Program-made: the position numbers and the translations under genes
DNA from: an uncultured delta proteobacterium
GTDB taxonomy: Bacteria > Desulfobacterota > Zymogenia > Zymogenales > Zymogenaceae
DNA: 64,000 nucleotides
NCBI GenBank assembly: GCA_963792965.1
Contig: CAWBYW010000007.1
Coordinates: 448,001 to 512,000, forward strand
Direction: 5' to 3'
In this document: positions 50,654 to 61,857 of the stretch, piece by piece
Layout: every line of letters begins with the position of its first letter
Numbering within the stretch: position 1 is the stretch's first letter
Notes under the pieces: generated by a model
Told to the model about the DNA's origin: nothing
Databases searched by the model: none
Seen by the model: only the letters and a program-made list of their open reading frames with translations

Positions 50654-51163
50654 CTACCACCGGTCCCGGTGTATTTTCTTCCCGTCGTAGCGGTCCTCGC
50701 GGACCTTTACCTCGTTGGAATATCCGATGGCGATCAAGGAGAGCGGGATGACCCTCTTGGGGATGCCGAGGTGCCGCTGTATCCCCTTGACCCGGTCCGC
50801 GCGCGGGTGGCAGCCCAGCCACACGGCCCCGAGCCCGAGGGCGTTTGCCGCGATCAAGATATTCTCAGTCGCCGCGGCGCAGTCCTGCTCCCAGAAGTCG
50901 GCGTGGAGCTCCATGTCCGTGTCGCCGCAGACCACGATGGCAAGCGGCGCCTGCAACACCGGGTCGGCGTAGGGGTGGTACTCTCTGAGCCCATCCAGCG
51001 TCTCCCTGTCGGTAACCACCACGAAGCGCCAGCAGCGCTGGTCCCCGGCCGACGGCGCGCTCATGGCAGCCGTGAGGAGTGTCTTTATTTGCTTGTCGTC
51101 CACCGGGTCTTTCTTGAACTTTCGTACGCTCCGTCTCGTGAGTATTGCATCAAGGGCATCCAT
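50654..51163 (-). CDS. Nitroreductase family protein
   Basis: TRRSVRKF, APSAGD, QDCAAATENIL, GLGAVW. Confidence 0.92.
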   Translation of the reverse strand: MDALDAILTRRSVRKFKKDPVDDKQIKTLLTAAMSAPSAGDQRCWRFVVVTDRETLDGLREYHPYADPVLQAPLAIVVCGDTDMELHADFWEQDCAAATENILIAANALGLGAVWLGCHPRADRVKGIQRHLGIPKRVIPLSLIAIGYSNEVKVREDRYDGKKIHRDRW

Positions 51164-51200
51164 GTGCTGCTCCTTTTTCTCTGAATGATGAATCGTCTCT

Positions 51201-52154
51201 CTATTTACCGACCAGCCTTTCCAGCTCCTTCACCAGCTTTTCCGCCCCCGCGATGATCTCTTTGACCACATCGCCCGCATGCTTCAGCTCCGTGATCATC
51301 CCCCCGATCTGGCCGCAGTAGACCGTCCCCTCCTCCACGTCCCCGTCAACGGCCGCCATGCGCGAGCGCCCCTCCCCGATCAGATCCAGGAGGGCTTCCT
51401 TTGAGACGCCGGATTTCTCGGCATCACTGATCCGCTCGGTGAGCTTGTTCTTGACGGCGCGGGTGGGCCCGAGCGTCCGGGCAGATACCACCGTCCCCGT
51501 GTCGGAGACCTTCAGGATCGCCTCCTTGAAGTTCTTGTGCGCGCGCGCCTCGAACGTCGCGGCAAAGCGCGTCCCCATCTGGACGCCCTGGGCGCCCAAA
51601 GCCAGCGCCGCCACGAACCCCCGGGCGTCCGAGATGCCGCCGGCGGCGATCACCGGGATGTTGACCCGGGAAACGAGCTGGGGGATCAGCGCCATCGTGG
51701 TGATCTCATCAAAGCCGTCGTGTCCACCCGCCTCGATCCCCTCGCCGACGACCGCGTCCACCCCCGCCTCCTCGCCCTTTGCCGCGAGCGTCACGCTCGG
51801 CGAGACATGGATTACACGGAGCCCCGCGTCCTGGATCTTCCTGGTGAAGCGCTTGGGGCTTCCCGCCGAGGTCGCTATCGCGTGCGCCCCGCCTTTGATG
51901 CAAACGTCTATGAGCGTTTCCGCGTCCGGCCGCATGAGCGGGATGTTGACCCCGAAGGGCTTCTTGGTCATTTCTTTCGTGAGCCCTATCTCAAGGCCAA
52001 GCTCGTCCGGGGTCATGCTCCCGCCGGCAAGGATACCGAGGCCCCCCGCCTCCGAGACGGCCCCCGCCAGCTCGTGCATGCAGATCCAGACCATCCCTCC
52101 CTGGATGATGGGATACTCGATCCCGAGGATGTCGCACAGTCTCGTCCGAAACAT
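51201..52154 (-). CDS. FabK-like enoyl-ACP reductase / nitronate monooxygenase family
   Basis: YPIIQGGM, EAGGLG, PFGVN, EAGGH, AAGGI, QMGTRF. Confidence 0.88.
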   Translation of the reverse strand: MFRTRLCDILGIEYPIIQGGMVWICMHELAGAVSEAGGLGILAGGSMTPDELGLEIGLTKEMTKKPFGVNIPLMRPDAETLIDVCIKGGAHAIATSAGSPKRFTRKIQDAGLRVIHVSPSVTLAAKGEEAGVDAVVGEGIEAGGHDGFDEITTMALIPQLVSRVNIPVIAAGGISDARGFVAALALGAQGVQMGTRFAATFEARAHKNFKEAILKVSDTGTVVSARTLGPTRAVKNKLTERISDAEKSGVSKEALLDLIGEGRSRMAAVDGDVEEGTVYCGQIGGMITELKHAGDVVKEIIAGAEKLVKELERLVGK

Positions 52155-52290
52155 CTGGCCTCCATTAATCTTTAAAAAAGTATAGCCCGATTTCCGGGGT
52201 CGGTCAAAGGAAAAAGGAGAAATAAAGTCTTGAATAATCGCCGGCCGCTTGATAAGATATTCGACAGTCTTAATAGAGGTGCGTAAACGT

Positions 52291-53061
52291 ATGAAGAGGT
52301 CCGTCATCAGTTGTGCCGTCCTGTCGGCATTCATCCTCGGCTCGGTTGCCCTTGCTTTCCAGTCGGAAGATCCCCTCAAGGCGAAAGTCGTCGAGATCGT
52401 GGAGGCCTATACCTCGGGGAAGCTGCCCCCGGTGATCACCAAATACGAGGCACTCGTCAAGGAGAGCCCCAAGGACCCCACGTATCACTACCTGTTGGCC
52501 ATTGCCTATCTCTATGCCGATTTCGATAAAAAGGATACGACCTTCGACAAGTCCTACGCCGAGCTCACCGCGGCGAAAAAGCTCAACCCGAAGATGAAAT
52601 ACGTCAACTATACCATCGGGTATATCCTCTGGGCGCGCGGCCGATACGACGACGCGGTAACGTCCTACAAGACGGAGATCTCCATCGACCCAAGCTACGC
52701 CGGGAACTACTATAATCTCGGGCTGGCCTACGAGTCGCTCAAGAAGTGGGACGAGGCCGCAAGCCAGTATGTCATCGCCATCGACAAAGACCCGAAGATG
52801 GCCAAGGCCTACAACAACCTCGGCGCCATCTATCTGAACTGGAAGGGCGACTCTTTCAAGGCGCTGGACAATTTCAAGAAAGCCATGGAGCTGAAACCCA
52901 ACGTCTCGCTCTACCGGGAGAACTACAACAAGGCCGTGAGGAAGCTCCAGGCCCTCAGGGACTCCATCGGCAAGGGCGAGACGGTGCTGCCGCCGGACAT
53001 GGTGGAAAAGCTCAAGGGGATGGATCTGAAGGAGGTCGAGGTAGCCCCGGACAAGGGTTAG
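52291..53061 (+). CDS. Exported tetratricopeptide repeat protein
   Basis: Signal peptide; YYNLGLAY and AYNNLGAIY TPR motifs. Confidence 0.85.
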   Translation: MKRSVISCAVLSAFILGSVALAFQSEDPLKAKVVEIVEAYTSGKLPPVITKYEALVKESPKDPTYHYLLAIAYLYADFDKKDTTFDKSYAELTAAKKLNPKMKYVNYTIGYILWARGRYDDAVTSYKTEISIDPSYAGNYYNLGLAYESLKKWDEAASQYVIAIDKDPKMAKAYNNLGAIYLNWKGDSFKALDNFKKAMELKPNVSLYRENYNKAVRKLQALRDSIGKGETVLPPDMVEKLKGMDLKEVEVAPDKG

Positions 53062-53187
53062 GAACGACCGTGAGCCGCCCGACCGTCGCGAGTCGGCCGG
53101 GCCCCCGATGGATCGGATTTGGTTGTATCGCCCACGCACGGCGACATAAAATAGTAACTTCGAAGTCTATTGGTAAGGAAATAAGCC

Positions 53188-54024
53188 ATGAAATCGTTTT
53201 TTCAGGACGCACGGCCCGGTAAGAAGACCACCCTCAAAGGCGAGGTCTTCGAGATGCCGATCCTCTACTTTCGGGATGACGCCTTCGCGCTCTTCTACAC
53301 CGCCGACCCGGCGAAAATCAAGGCGCTCATGCCCTCCGATAAGCTTCACCCCGTGCTGATAACCCCCAAGAAGGCGCTCTTCGGCGTGGGCTGCTTCAAC
53401 TATATCGACACCTCCATTGGCCCCTACGGCGAGGTGGGGATCGTCGTCCCGGCCATATACGCGGACAAAAAGCCGCCCCTGCTCATCCCCGCGATCCGGG
53501 AGTCCTACGACCCCCGGTTCGGCACGCTGGTCTTGCACCTGCCCGTCACCAACACGAAGGCGCGTGACGGCGGGCGCGGGTTGTGGGGGTATACGAAGTT
53601 CGTCTCCGACATGAAGTTCACCATCACGCCCGAGTACCTCGAGTGCCGGCTGGCCGAGGAGAAGAAGCATATCCTGACGCTGCGCGTGGCGCGCAAGGGA
53701 TTCATCAAGAAAGACTTCCGGCCGCTCTGCACCTTCTCCGTCAAGAACAAGAAGCTCATCCAGACGACGATCCCCCAGGTCGGCACGGCCCGAAACTCCT
53801 TCATCCCGGTGGGCTCGTTCCTGGAGCTGGGCGACCACGAGGTCGCGCGTCCGCTCAAGGAGCTGGGCCTCTCCCCCAAACCCTTCATGTCCCGCTACTA
53901 TCTGGAGAGATCCGGCATCCTCCCCGAGGGGAAGGTAATCGAAGAGAACGTGCGTGAGCTGGAGGGGTACTACGGGAAGGATAGACAGGGAGAACATTCG
54001 GTGACCTATCTCGGCGGGAAATAG
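53188..54024 (+). CDS. Acetoacetate decarboxylase-like family protein
   Basis: IGPYGE, LPVT, GRGLWGYTK (Schiff-base Lys position retained). Confidence 0.72.
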   Translation: MKSFFQDARPGKKTTLKGEVFEMPILYFRDDAFALFYTADPAKIKALMPSDKLHPVLITPKKALFGVGCFNYIDTSIGPYGEVGIVVPAIYADKKPPLLIPAIRESYDPRFGTLVLHLPVTNTKARDGGRGLWGYTKFVSDMKFTITPEYLECRLAEEKKHILTLRVARKGFIKKDFRPLCTFSVKNKKLIQTTIPQVGTARNSFIPVGSFLELGDHEVARPLKELGLSPKPFMSRYYLERSGILPEGKVIEENVRELEGYYGKDRQGEHSVTYLGGK

Positions 54025-54124
54025 AGACGGGTCGAGCTTAGGACAATAAACGCGGCCTGATTGACGATCGAGCGCGGGCGGCGCAGGCACGCCGAGTTCG
54101 CCCGAATTATTTCGTTGGTATTCC

Positions 54125-54583
54125 ATGAACAAGAACACCACATGTACCGCATATTGCGGGCTCTTCTGCGGGGACTGCATCCCGTCCAACCGGACGCTCC
54201 TGGATGCCGCGGGCACGCTCATGGACGAGCTTGACCGGTCGGGCTTTGAGGACTACGCGATCCTGAAGGAGAAAAAGGACAAGGTATTCGGAGACTACAA
54301 GCGTTTCCGGGGGTATCTCTCAGCAGTGGCTTCGCTCAGGTGCAGCGGGCCGTGCGCCCTGGGCGGCGGGAAGCCCGACTGCGCGATCCGCTCGTGCGCG
54401 CAGGAAAAGGGCTTCCGTGGCTGCTGGGAGTGCGCTTCCTTTGAGACGTGCCGGCACCTCGACCCCTTCGAGGCCTTTCACGGCCGGACGCCGAGAGACA
54501 ATCTCCGGTTGATCAAAGAGTATGGGATCGAGCGGTGGGCCGATCACCGAGGCCCGCACTACTTATGGAGCAAGCGACCGTAA
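54125..54583 (+). CDS. DUF3795 Cys-rich protein
   Basis: AYCGLFCGDC, CSGPC, CAIRSCA, CWEC...C. Confidence 0.75.
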   Translation: MNKNTTCTAYCGLFCGDCIPSNRTLLDAAGTLMDELDRSGFEDYAILKEKKDKVFGDYKRFRGYLSAVASLRCSGPCALGGGKPDCAIRSCAQEKGFRGCWECASFETCRHLDPFEAFHGRTPRDNLRLIKEYGIERWADHRGPHYLWSKRP

Positions 54584-54699
54584 CCGACCGTGCCCCTCGG
54601 CGCGCCGTCCATGTCCGACGATTCGTCGCATTCATCACGGAAGAACGGAAAGCGTTCTCTTCGAGGGCGTCGCGGGGAAACCGACTTATTCCCGGGGTG

Positions 54700-56560
54700 C
54701 TATAATGCTCCCCGCTTCTTGAGGTGAATCAGCACGACAGAGACCGCCGCCGGCGTCACCCCCGGAATACGGGACGCCTGCCCCACCGAGCCCGGGCGCG
54801 CCTCCTCGAGCTTCTCCACGGCCTCCGTCGTAAGGCCGGCAAGTCCCCGATATTTGAAGTCATCGGGGATCCGTACTCCCTCAAGCTTCCTGAATCTCCT
54901 GATATCATCGTCCTGGCGCGTCAGGTATCCTTCGTACTTCACCCCAACCTCGATCTCCGAGAGCACTTCCCCGGGTATCGCCGCAAGCTCCGGCACGAGC
55001 ACGGCCAAACTCTTGATGGAAACTTCCTGCCTCCGCAAGAGCTCGCCGTACGTTATCTTGTTGATGATCGGGGATATCCCGAGTGATCCGAGCTGTTCGA
55101 TTTTCGCCCGCGTGGGAGAGATACATCCGTCGAGCAGCTCGTGCCCCTTCTCGTAAGAGTGTTTCTTTTCTGTGTAGAGGCGCCAGGCGTCATCGTCGAT
55201 GAGCCCGAGCTCACGTCCGGAGGGCGTCAGTCGGAAGACGGCGTTCCCTTCCCTGAGCGCCAGCCGGTACTCCGCGCGGGAGGTGAACATCCGGTAGGGC
55301 TCGTCGGTGCCCTTCGTGACAAGGTCGTCGATCAACACGCCGATATAGGCATCCGACCGCGAAAGCAGGAACGGATCCCGCTCTTGGACATGGAGCGCCG
55401 CGTTGATGCCCGCCATGATCCCCTGGGCCGCCGCCTCCTCATAACCGGAGGTCCCGTTGATCTGTCCCGCCAAGAAGAGCCCGGAGATCGATTTCGTCTC
55501 AAGCGATGATTTCAATTGGATCGGCGGCACATAGTCATACTTGATCGAGTAGGCAGGGCGCGTGATCCGGGCCTGTTCCAGCCCCGGTATCGCCGCGATG
55601 ATCCGTGCCTGCTCCTCGATGCCGAGCGTGGTAAAGAGGCCGTTGGGGTAGACCTCGGTGGTAAAAACACCCTCGGGCTCCAGGAATATCTGGTGGCGGA
55701 TTTTGTCAGGGAAGAAGAGGACCTTCTCCTCGATGGACGGACAGTAGCGCGGTCCCTTGCGGTTGAGCCAGCCCTCGGCCACCCGCTTGTCATCCAGTGA
55801 CTTCCGGATTACGTCGTGGGTGTGCTCGTTCGTATAGGTCACGTGGCAGGGTAGTTGCTCACGGTCGATCGCGGCGCTGCGAAATGAGAACGGGCGGATC
55901 GGCCACTGAAGCGGCTGGATCGTCGTTTTGGCATAGTCGATCGTCGTTCCGTCGAGCCGGGGGGTGGTGGCGGTCGAAAACCGCCCGACAACAAGACCCA
56001 GAGCGCCCAGCGAGTCCGAAAGAAACTCCGACGGTCCGTCGCCCAGCCTTCCTGAGGGAAACGACACCTGCCCGATCCGCACCATCCCCTTGAGGAAGGT
56101 CCCCGTGGCGATCACCACCGACGCAGCCCCGAATTCTTCCCCGAATTCGGTCTTCACCCCCACGACCGCGCCCCCCTCGGCCAGGATCTCCTTTACCATC
56201 GTCTGGCGGACGGCGAGACGCTCCGTGTTTTCGAGGACCGCCTTCATGTACGAGCGATAACCGGCTCGATCGGCCTGGGCGCGCGAGGCCTGCACGGCCG
56301 GACCCTTGGTGGTATTGAGCGTACGAAACTGGATCCCCGCGGTCGTCGGTCGCCAGGGCCATCTGGCCCCCGAGTGCATCGATCTCCTTGACGAGCTGGC
56401 CCTTGGCCAGGCCGCCGACGGCGGGGTTGCACGACATCTGGCCGATGGTGTCGATATTCCCGGTGAGCATGAGGGTATCGGCCCCCATGCGGGCCGCCGC
56501 CAGCGCCGCCTCGATGCCGGCGTGACCCGCCCCCACGACGATGACGTCATACCGATTCAT
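54700..56560 (-). CDS. mnmG: MnmG/GidA-family tRNA U34 modification flavoprotein (divergent); frameshift near 56345
   Basis: [62 protein letters not shown]. Confidence 0.88.
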
Positions 56561-56883
56561 GATCTGGATGGGTTCAGCGTGATCCCCAGCATCTTAACCT
56601 GCGCGCGGCCTCTGTTGAAAACCCCGTGGGGCGTCCTGCCTGGGACGAGCGCCGCCTGCTCGGGGCCGAGGTCCATCGTCTCATCTCCGAGCACGATCGT
56701 CGCTGTACCATCTACAACGAAGAAGAGGTGATCATGATCATGGGTGTGGATCGGCTCCGGTCCCCCTCCACCGGGCTCGATGAAGGCGAGTGCACCGTCA
56801 AGGGGGAATCCCTCCGCCTGAGAAAAAACCGTTTTTGCGACGAACCCCTGATGATGAGGCGGGGTGAAATAATCGTTCGGCAT
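56557..56883 (-). CDS. Cupin domain protein
   Basis: [25 protein letters not shown]. Confidence 0.85.
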   Translation of the reverse strand: MPNDYFTPPHHQGFVAKTVFSQAEGFPLDGALAFIEPGGGGPEPIHTHDHDHLFFVVDGTATIVLGDETMDLGPEQAALVPGRTPHGVFNRGRAQVKMLGITLNPSRS

Positions 56884-56927
56884 CGCTGTCTCCCTTCTTC
56901 TCGTTATCCGCCGAGGACCCGATCCGG

Positions 56928-58118
56928 CTACGTCGGCCGCCGTCCTATCTCTTCATCCGTCAGATAGCAGGCCGGGTCTGACGCCCAGGTATCCCCCGTC
57001 ATCGCCTCCGCCCGCGCCCGGAAGTTCCCGCCGCAGACATCGAGCCACCGACAGGAGGCACAGCGGCCCGTAACGTACTTCTTCTTTTCCTTGAGCCGTG
57101 CCATGAGAGGATTTGTGGTGTCCGTCCATATCTCGGAGAAGGGCCGTTTTCTGACGTTGCCGAAAGAGCGGCTTCGCCAGAACTGGTCGGCGTAGACCTC
57201 GCCGTCGAAGCTGACACACGAGATCCCGACGCCGGAGGAATTCCCCTGGTTCATCCTGAGGAGCTTGAGCGCCTCCTCGGCGCGCGCCGGGTTTTCCTTG
57301 GCGAGCCTGAGGTAGACATACGGGCCGTCGGCATGGTTATCCACCGTCAGCACCTCGGGCGCCCTGCCCTTTTCGAAGAGCCGCTTCGTTCGATCCATGA
57401 TCAGATCGACGGCCGCGCGCGTCTCGTCGTGAGACGGCAGCATCCGCAACATGGCCGTGCCCCTTCCCGTGACGACAAGGTGATAGAAACAGACGCGGGG
57501 GATCCCCTCGGCCTCCATCAGGTCGAAGATCGGGCCGATCTCGCCGATGTTGAGCCTGTTTACGGTGAAACGAAGCCCCACCTTGATCCCCTGCTTCATG
57601 CACTGCCTGACGCCTGCGATCGCCTTTTTAAAGGCACCGTCGACCTTGCGGAAGGAATCGTGGGTCGCCTCCAGACCGTCGAGGCTCACCCCCACGTATG
57701 AGAGGCCGAGGTCCGCCAGAAGTGCCGCCCGGTCCTCGGTGATGAGTGTCCCGTTGGTGGAAATCACCGCGCGGAGCCCGCGTTTCGCGGCATAGGCGAT
57801 CAGCTCCTCTATGTCCGGCCGTATCAACGGCTCTCCTCCCGAAAAGAGGATCACCGGCGCGCCGAAAGAGGCCAGATCGTCCACGAGCGTCTTGACCTCG
57901 TCGGCGGTAAGCTCCCCGGCATAGGTCCGGTTTTCCGAGTCGCTGTAGCAGTGGATGCACTTGAGGTTACAGCGTCGGGTGGCATTGAAGACCACGACCG
58001 GTTTTTTGTCCCGCGAAAATTGCAGGAGGTGCGACGGAAGACGATTCGACTCTCCCCCATACCTGAGGACGTCTGATTCCTCCACCGATCCCATATAGAG
58101 CTTTGAGATACCGATCAT
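56928..58118 (-). CDS. ahbC: Radical SAM/SPASM 12,18-didecarboxysiroheme deacetylase (AhbC/NirJ1)
   Basis: MIGISKLY...LRYG N-terminus, CNLKCIHCY, LTVDNHADG, CGGNFRARA, DPACYL; in the heme cluster. Confidence 0.88.
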   Translation of the reverse strand: MIGISKLYMGSVEESDVLRYGGESNRLPSHLLQFSRDKKPVVVFNATRRCNLKCIHCYSDSENRTYAGELTADEVKTLVDDLASFGAPVILFSGGEPLIRPDIEELIAYAAKRGLRAVISTNGTLITEDRAALLADLGLSYVGVSLDGLEATHDSFRKVDGAFKKAIAGVRQCMKQGIKVGLRFTVNRLNIGEIGPIFDLMEAEGIPRVCFYHLVVTGRGTAMLRMLPSHDETRAAVDLIMDRTKRLFEKGRAPEVLTVDNHADGPYVYLRLAKENPARAEEALKLLRMNQGNSSGVGISCVSFDGEVYADQFWRSRSFGNVRKRPFSEIWTDTTNPLMARLKEKKKYVTGRCASCRWLDVCGGNFRARAEAMTGDTWASDPACYLTDEEIGRRPT

Positions 58119-59669
58119 CGCTTTTCCAGGAAATAGGTAATCAGGGCCCTGACCAGCCCCCCCATCGTGTGCTCGGACGCCTCACAGGCTACCTCAAATC
58201 CGGCCTCCCGGGCCACTTTGCTCGTAATCGGGCCAATGGTCGCCGCCGGGGGGACGGCGATCCCGCCCATATCTGATCCTCCCACCCGACCGCTTGAGGT
58301 CAATGATCGTCCTGAGGTTCTGCGCGGTCGAGCCGCTCGTGAATGTTACCAGATCCGCGCCTGACAGGGCGTCTACGAACGCTTCGTCGGTTATCTCCGG
58401 AGCGGCCGAGCGGTAGGCCGCCACGTCAGTCACCTCCGCGCCCGCGCCGGTAAGCAGTTTCGGCAGCACATCCCGCGCCCCCTCGGCGCGAAAGAGGAGA
58501 ATGTTCTTGCCCTCGATCCCGGAATCGATTATCTTCTGCGCGAGCGCCTCCGCGATATACCGATCGGGCACGATATCCGGAACGATCCCGTGATCTTCAA
58601 GGGATTCGGATGTCCCGGGACCCATCGCCGCAACGAGCAGGCCGCCGAGTGCCCGACCGTCGCGCCTCTCGGCGGTAAGCTCCCCAAAGAAGGTCGCCAC
58701 CCCGTTGGGGCTGGTGAAGACGATCAGGTCATACGCCGGAAGACTCCGGATCGCCCTCGTGATAGGTCCTTGATCCTCGGGCGGGACGATCGTAATGGTC
58801 GGCAGCTCCACGGGACGCGCGCCGAGATCGCGGAGCATCCGCGAGAGCCCGCCCTTCTGGTGCTCCGATCGCGTGACGACGATCCTCCTGCCGAAGAGCG
58901 GAAGCGTCTCAAACCAGGCAAGTCTGTCCTTGAGGCTCACCACCTCTCCGACGACCATCACCGCCGGCGCGCCGATCTTGTTCCGCTCCACTTCTTTCGC
59001 TATTTCGCCGAGCGTCGCCGAGACGCCCCGTTGCGCCGGCGTGGTCCCCCACGAGATCACCACGCAGGGAGTCAGGGGGGGCTTGCCCCCCGAGATCAGA
59101 GCCTGTGCATTGTCCCCGATACGCCTGACCCCCATTAGGATCACGATCGTCCCATCAAAACGGGCCAGATACTCCCAGTCGATCGATTCCGTGTCCTTCG
59201 TCGGATCCTCGTGCCCCGTCACGAAAACAACCATCGACGAGACCCCCCGGTGGGTCACCGGGATGCCGGCGTACGCGGGGACGGCCGACGCCGAGCTTAC
59301 GCCGGGCACGACCTCGAACGGTATGCCCGCGCGCGCGAGCTCAAGCGCCTCCTCTCCACCGCGTCCAAAGATAAACGGATCGCCCCCTTTCAGGCGTACG
59401 ACCGTCTCCCCGTCCCGCGCCGTCTCGACGATGAGCCTGTTGATCTCGTCCTGGGACAGGGTATGCCGCCCCCCCTCTTTGCCCGCGTACATGCGCCGGG
59501 CACGGGGCCGGACATGCGAGAGGATTTCTTCATCAACGAGATGGTCGTAAACCACCGCGTCGGCCTCCGAGAGCACCCGGGCGGCCTTGAGCGTCAAAAG
59601 CCCCGGGTCCCCCGGCCCCGCCCCCACAAGGTAGACCTTACCGATTTTCTTTTGCTTCTCGTCGGTCAT
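58115..59669 (-). CDS. cobA/hemD: Uroporphyrinogen-III C-methyltransferase / synthase fusion; frameshift near 58290
   Basis: VGAGPGDPGLLT, RLKGGDPFIFGRGGEE, VVTR, FTSPNGV, IGPIT. Confidence 0.92.
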
Positions 59670-60587
59670 CTACACATCCGAAAGGAGGGCGCGCGCCCCC
59701 CTGGTCAGGAAATCCTCCGCCAGCGCCCGCCCGACGGCATAAAAAGTGTCTACGTCCCCCGACCGTGTCCCCTCGATTGACCGCTTCCCGTCGGTGGAAA
59801 GGACGATGCCGGTGAGCCTGACACGTGTCCCCTCGATGCGCGCGTATGCACCCACCGCCGAGTGGCACGACGCCCCAAGGGTCGAGACAAACGCCCGCTC
59901 GCAGAAGACCGCACATCGGGCCTCCATATCGTCGAGTGCACGGATCATCTCCTCGTCCCCGATCCTGACCTCAAGCGCCAGCGCCCCCTGACCGGCCGCC
60001 GGCACGAACTCCTCCGGGGAGAGAATAAGAGTGGGCACGTCGTCGATCCCGAGCCGATTAATGCCCGCCGCCGCCACGATCACCGCCCCGCACGAACCAT
60101 CGGAGAGCTTCTTGAGCCGTGTGCCGACGTTGCCGCGAAGATTGGCCACCGCGAGGTCCGGCCTAACCCTGAGCAGCTGAGCCCGACGCCTCAGGCTCGA
60201 CGTCCCGACGACGGCGCCGCGCGGTATCTCGGCAAGTCCGGCTATCGGTTGGGCGGCGACGAGGGTATCACGCGCGTCCTGGCGCCTCGGCACCACCGGA
60301 ATCGTCAGTCCCTTCGCACAATCCTCAGGCATGTCCTTCATGCTGTGAACCGCAATATCGATCCTGCCCACCAGCAGCGCCTGCTCGATCTCCTGCACGA
60401 AAAGTCCCTTCCCCCCGACTTCCCAGAGGGCGGCCTTCGTTATCCGGTCGCCCGCGGTCTTGATCGAGACGATCTCGCATGCGGTGCCCGCATGGGCGGC
60501 CGCCAGCATACGGGCGACCTCCTGGGCCTGGACGAGTGCGAGTGGGCTACCCCTTGTCCCGATCCTGATCTTTCGTTTCTTCTCCAT
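59670..60587 (-). CDS. hemC: Hydroxymethylbilane synthase
   Basis: GTRGSPLA, GKGLF, VHSMKD, GTSSLRR, RGNVGTRL. Confidence 0.95.
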   Translation of the reverse strand: MEKKRKIRIGTRGSPLALVQAQEVARMLAAAHAGTACEIVSIKTAGDRITKAALWEVGGKGLFVQEIEQALLVGRIDIAVHSMKDMPEDCAKGLTIPVVPRRQDARDTLVAAQPIAGLAEIPRGAVVGTSSLRRRAQLLRVRPDLAVANLRGNVGTRLKKLSDGSCGAVIVAAAGINRLGIDDVPTLILSPEEFVPAAGQGALALEVRIGDEEMIRALDDMEARCAVFCERAFVSTLGASCHSAVGAYARIEGTRVRLTGIVLSTDGKRSIEGTRSGDVDTFYAVGRALAEDFLTRGARALLSDV

Positions 60588-61854
60588 CAATACCGAACAG
60601 CCCCCTGACCACCTCGCCGGTCGATCCCGTTTCTTCCTTGGCCTTCTTTTTCAGGTAGACCGTTGGATCATGAAGGATTTTATTGATTATTGAATCGACG
60701 AGATACGAAATCCGCTTGACCTCATCGGTGCTGACCCCGTTCCATGACGAGACCGTCTTCTTGATTTCTTCCTCTCCGATCCTCTTGAACTTTTGCCGTA
60801 TGAGCACGATCGTCGGCACGACGTCAAGCGAGGCAAACCATTTCATGAATTTTTCCGTTTCCTCTTCGATGATTCGCTCACAGAGAAGGGCGTCGGACTC
60901 GCGCTCGTATCTGTTTTTCTGTACCACCGCGTTGAGGTCGTCGATGTTGAAAAGGGAGACTCCCGCAATGTCTCCCGCCTCATCCTCGACATCGCGCGGG
61001 ACGGCGATATCGATGAGCGCCAGCGGCCTTCCGTTTCTGCGTCCCATGGCGCGCTCGATCATGGGCCCCGTGATGATCGGCCGCTCGGCCCCGGTCGAGC
61101 TTATGACGATCTCGGAATCCGTCAGGGCGTCCTCCAGCTCCTCCCAGGGGATGAGCCTTCCCACGAATTGACGGCAGAGCCTCTCGGCATGTTCCCGTGT
61201 GCGGTTTGCGATGACGATCTCCTTGGGCTGGCAGCAGGCGAGGTTCTTCAGCGTCTCCTCCCCCATCAGGCCTGCCCCGATCATGAGAACGCTCTTCCCG
61301 GATACGCCGCCGAGTGTCTCCTCGCAGAGCCACATAGCGGCTGAGCTGACCGATACCGGCCGGGATGCAATGCCGGTCTCGTTCTTGACGCGTTTTGCGG
61401 TAAAGAACGCCCGGTGAAGCAGCCGGTTGAGGACCGGGCCCGACGTTTCGGACGCGGTCGCCGCGCGATAGGAGTCCTTTACCTGCCCGAGGATCTGCGG
61501 CTCACCGACGACCATCGAATCCAGTGAGGAGCTGACCCGAAAAACGTGTTGTACCGCCTCCCTGTCCTCCCTGATGTAAAAATAGTTCTCCATCACCTTC
61601 GGGTCTTTGGCGTGAAACGAGCCGAGATATTGGATGGAACAGTTGACCGCCGCCTCCACGTCGGGGGAAAGGCCGAGAATCTCCACGCGGTTGCATGTGG
61701 ACAGGACCATGCACTCATCTATATCGGGAAAGGTCATCAGCCCCTTGAGAAACTTATCGATCGACTCCGGCCCAATGCCCATTCTTTCACGCACGTCTAC
61801 CGGCGCCGACTTATGGCTCATCCCGACCAAGAAGATTGTCATGTTCTTTTTCAT
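60547..61854 (-). CDS. hemA: Glutamyl-tRNA reductase
   Basis: HKSAP, STCNRVE, LDSMVVGEPQILGQVK, IGAG, DIAVPRD. Confidence 0.95.
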   Translation of the reverse strand: MKKNMTIFLVGMSHKSAPVDVRERMGIGPESIDKFLKGLMTFPDIDECMVLSTCNRVEILGLSPDVEAAVNCSIQYLGSFHAKDPKVMENYFYIREDREAVQHVFRVSSSLDSMVVGEPQILGQVKDSYRAATASETSGPVLNRLLHRAFFTAKRVKNETGIASRPVSVSSAAMWLCEETLGGVSGKSVLMIGAGLMGEETLKNLACCQPKEIVIANRTREHAERLCRQFVGRLIPWEELEDALTDSEIVISSTGAERPIITGPMIERAMGRRNGRPLALIDIAVPRDVEDEAGDIAGVSLFNIDDLNAVVQKNRYERESDALLCERIIEEETEKFMKWFASLDVVPTIVLIRQKFKRIGEEEIKKTVSSWNGVSTDEVKRISYLVDSIINKILHDPTVYLKKKAKEETGSTGEVVRGLFGIDGEETKDQDRDKG

Positions 61855-61857
61855 CGT

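Noticed and set aside
56928-58118. Radical SAM/SPASM enzyme as maturase of the Tyr-repeat peptide
   Set aside because: It has the AhbC-type N-terminus and motifs, overlaps cobA/hemD in the heme operon, and lies ~11 kb from the peptide gene
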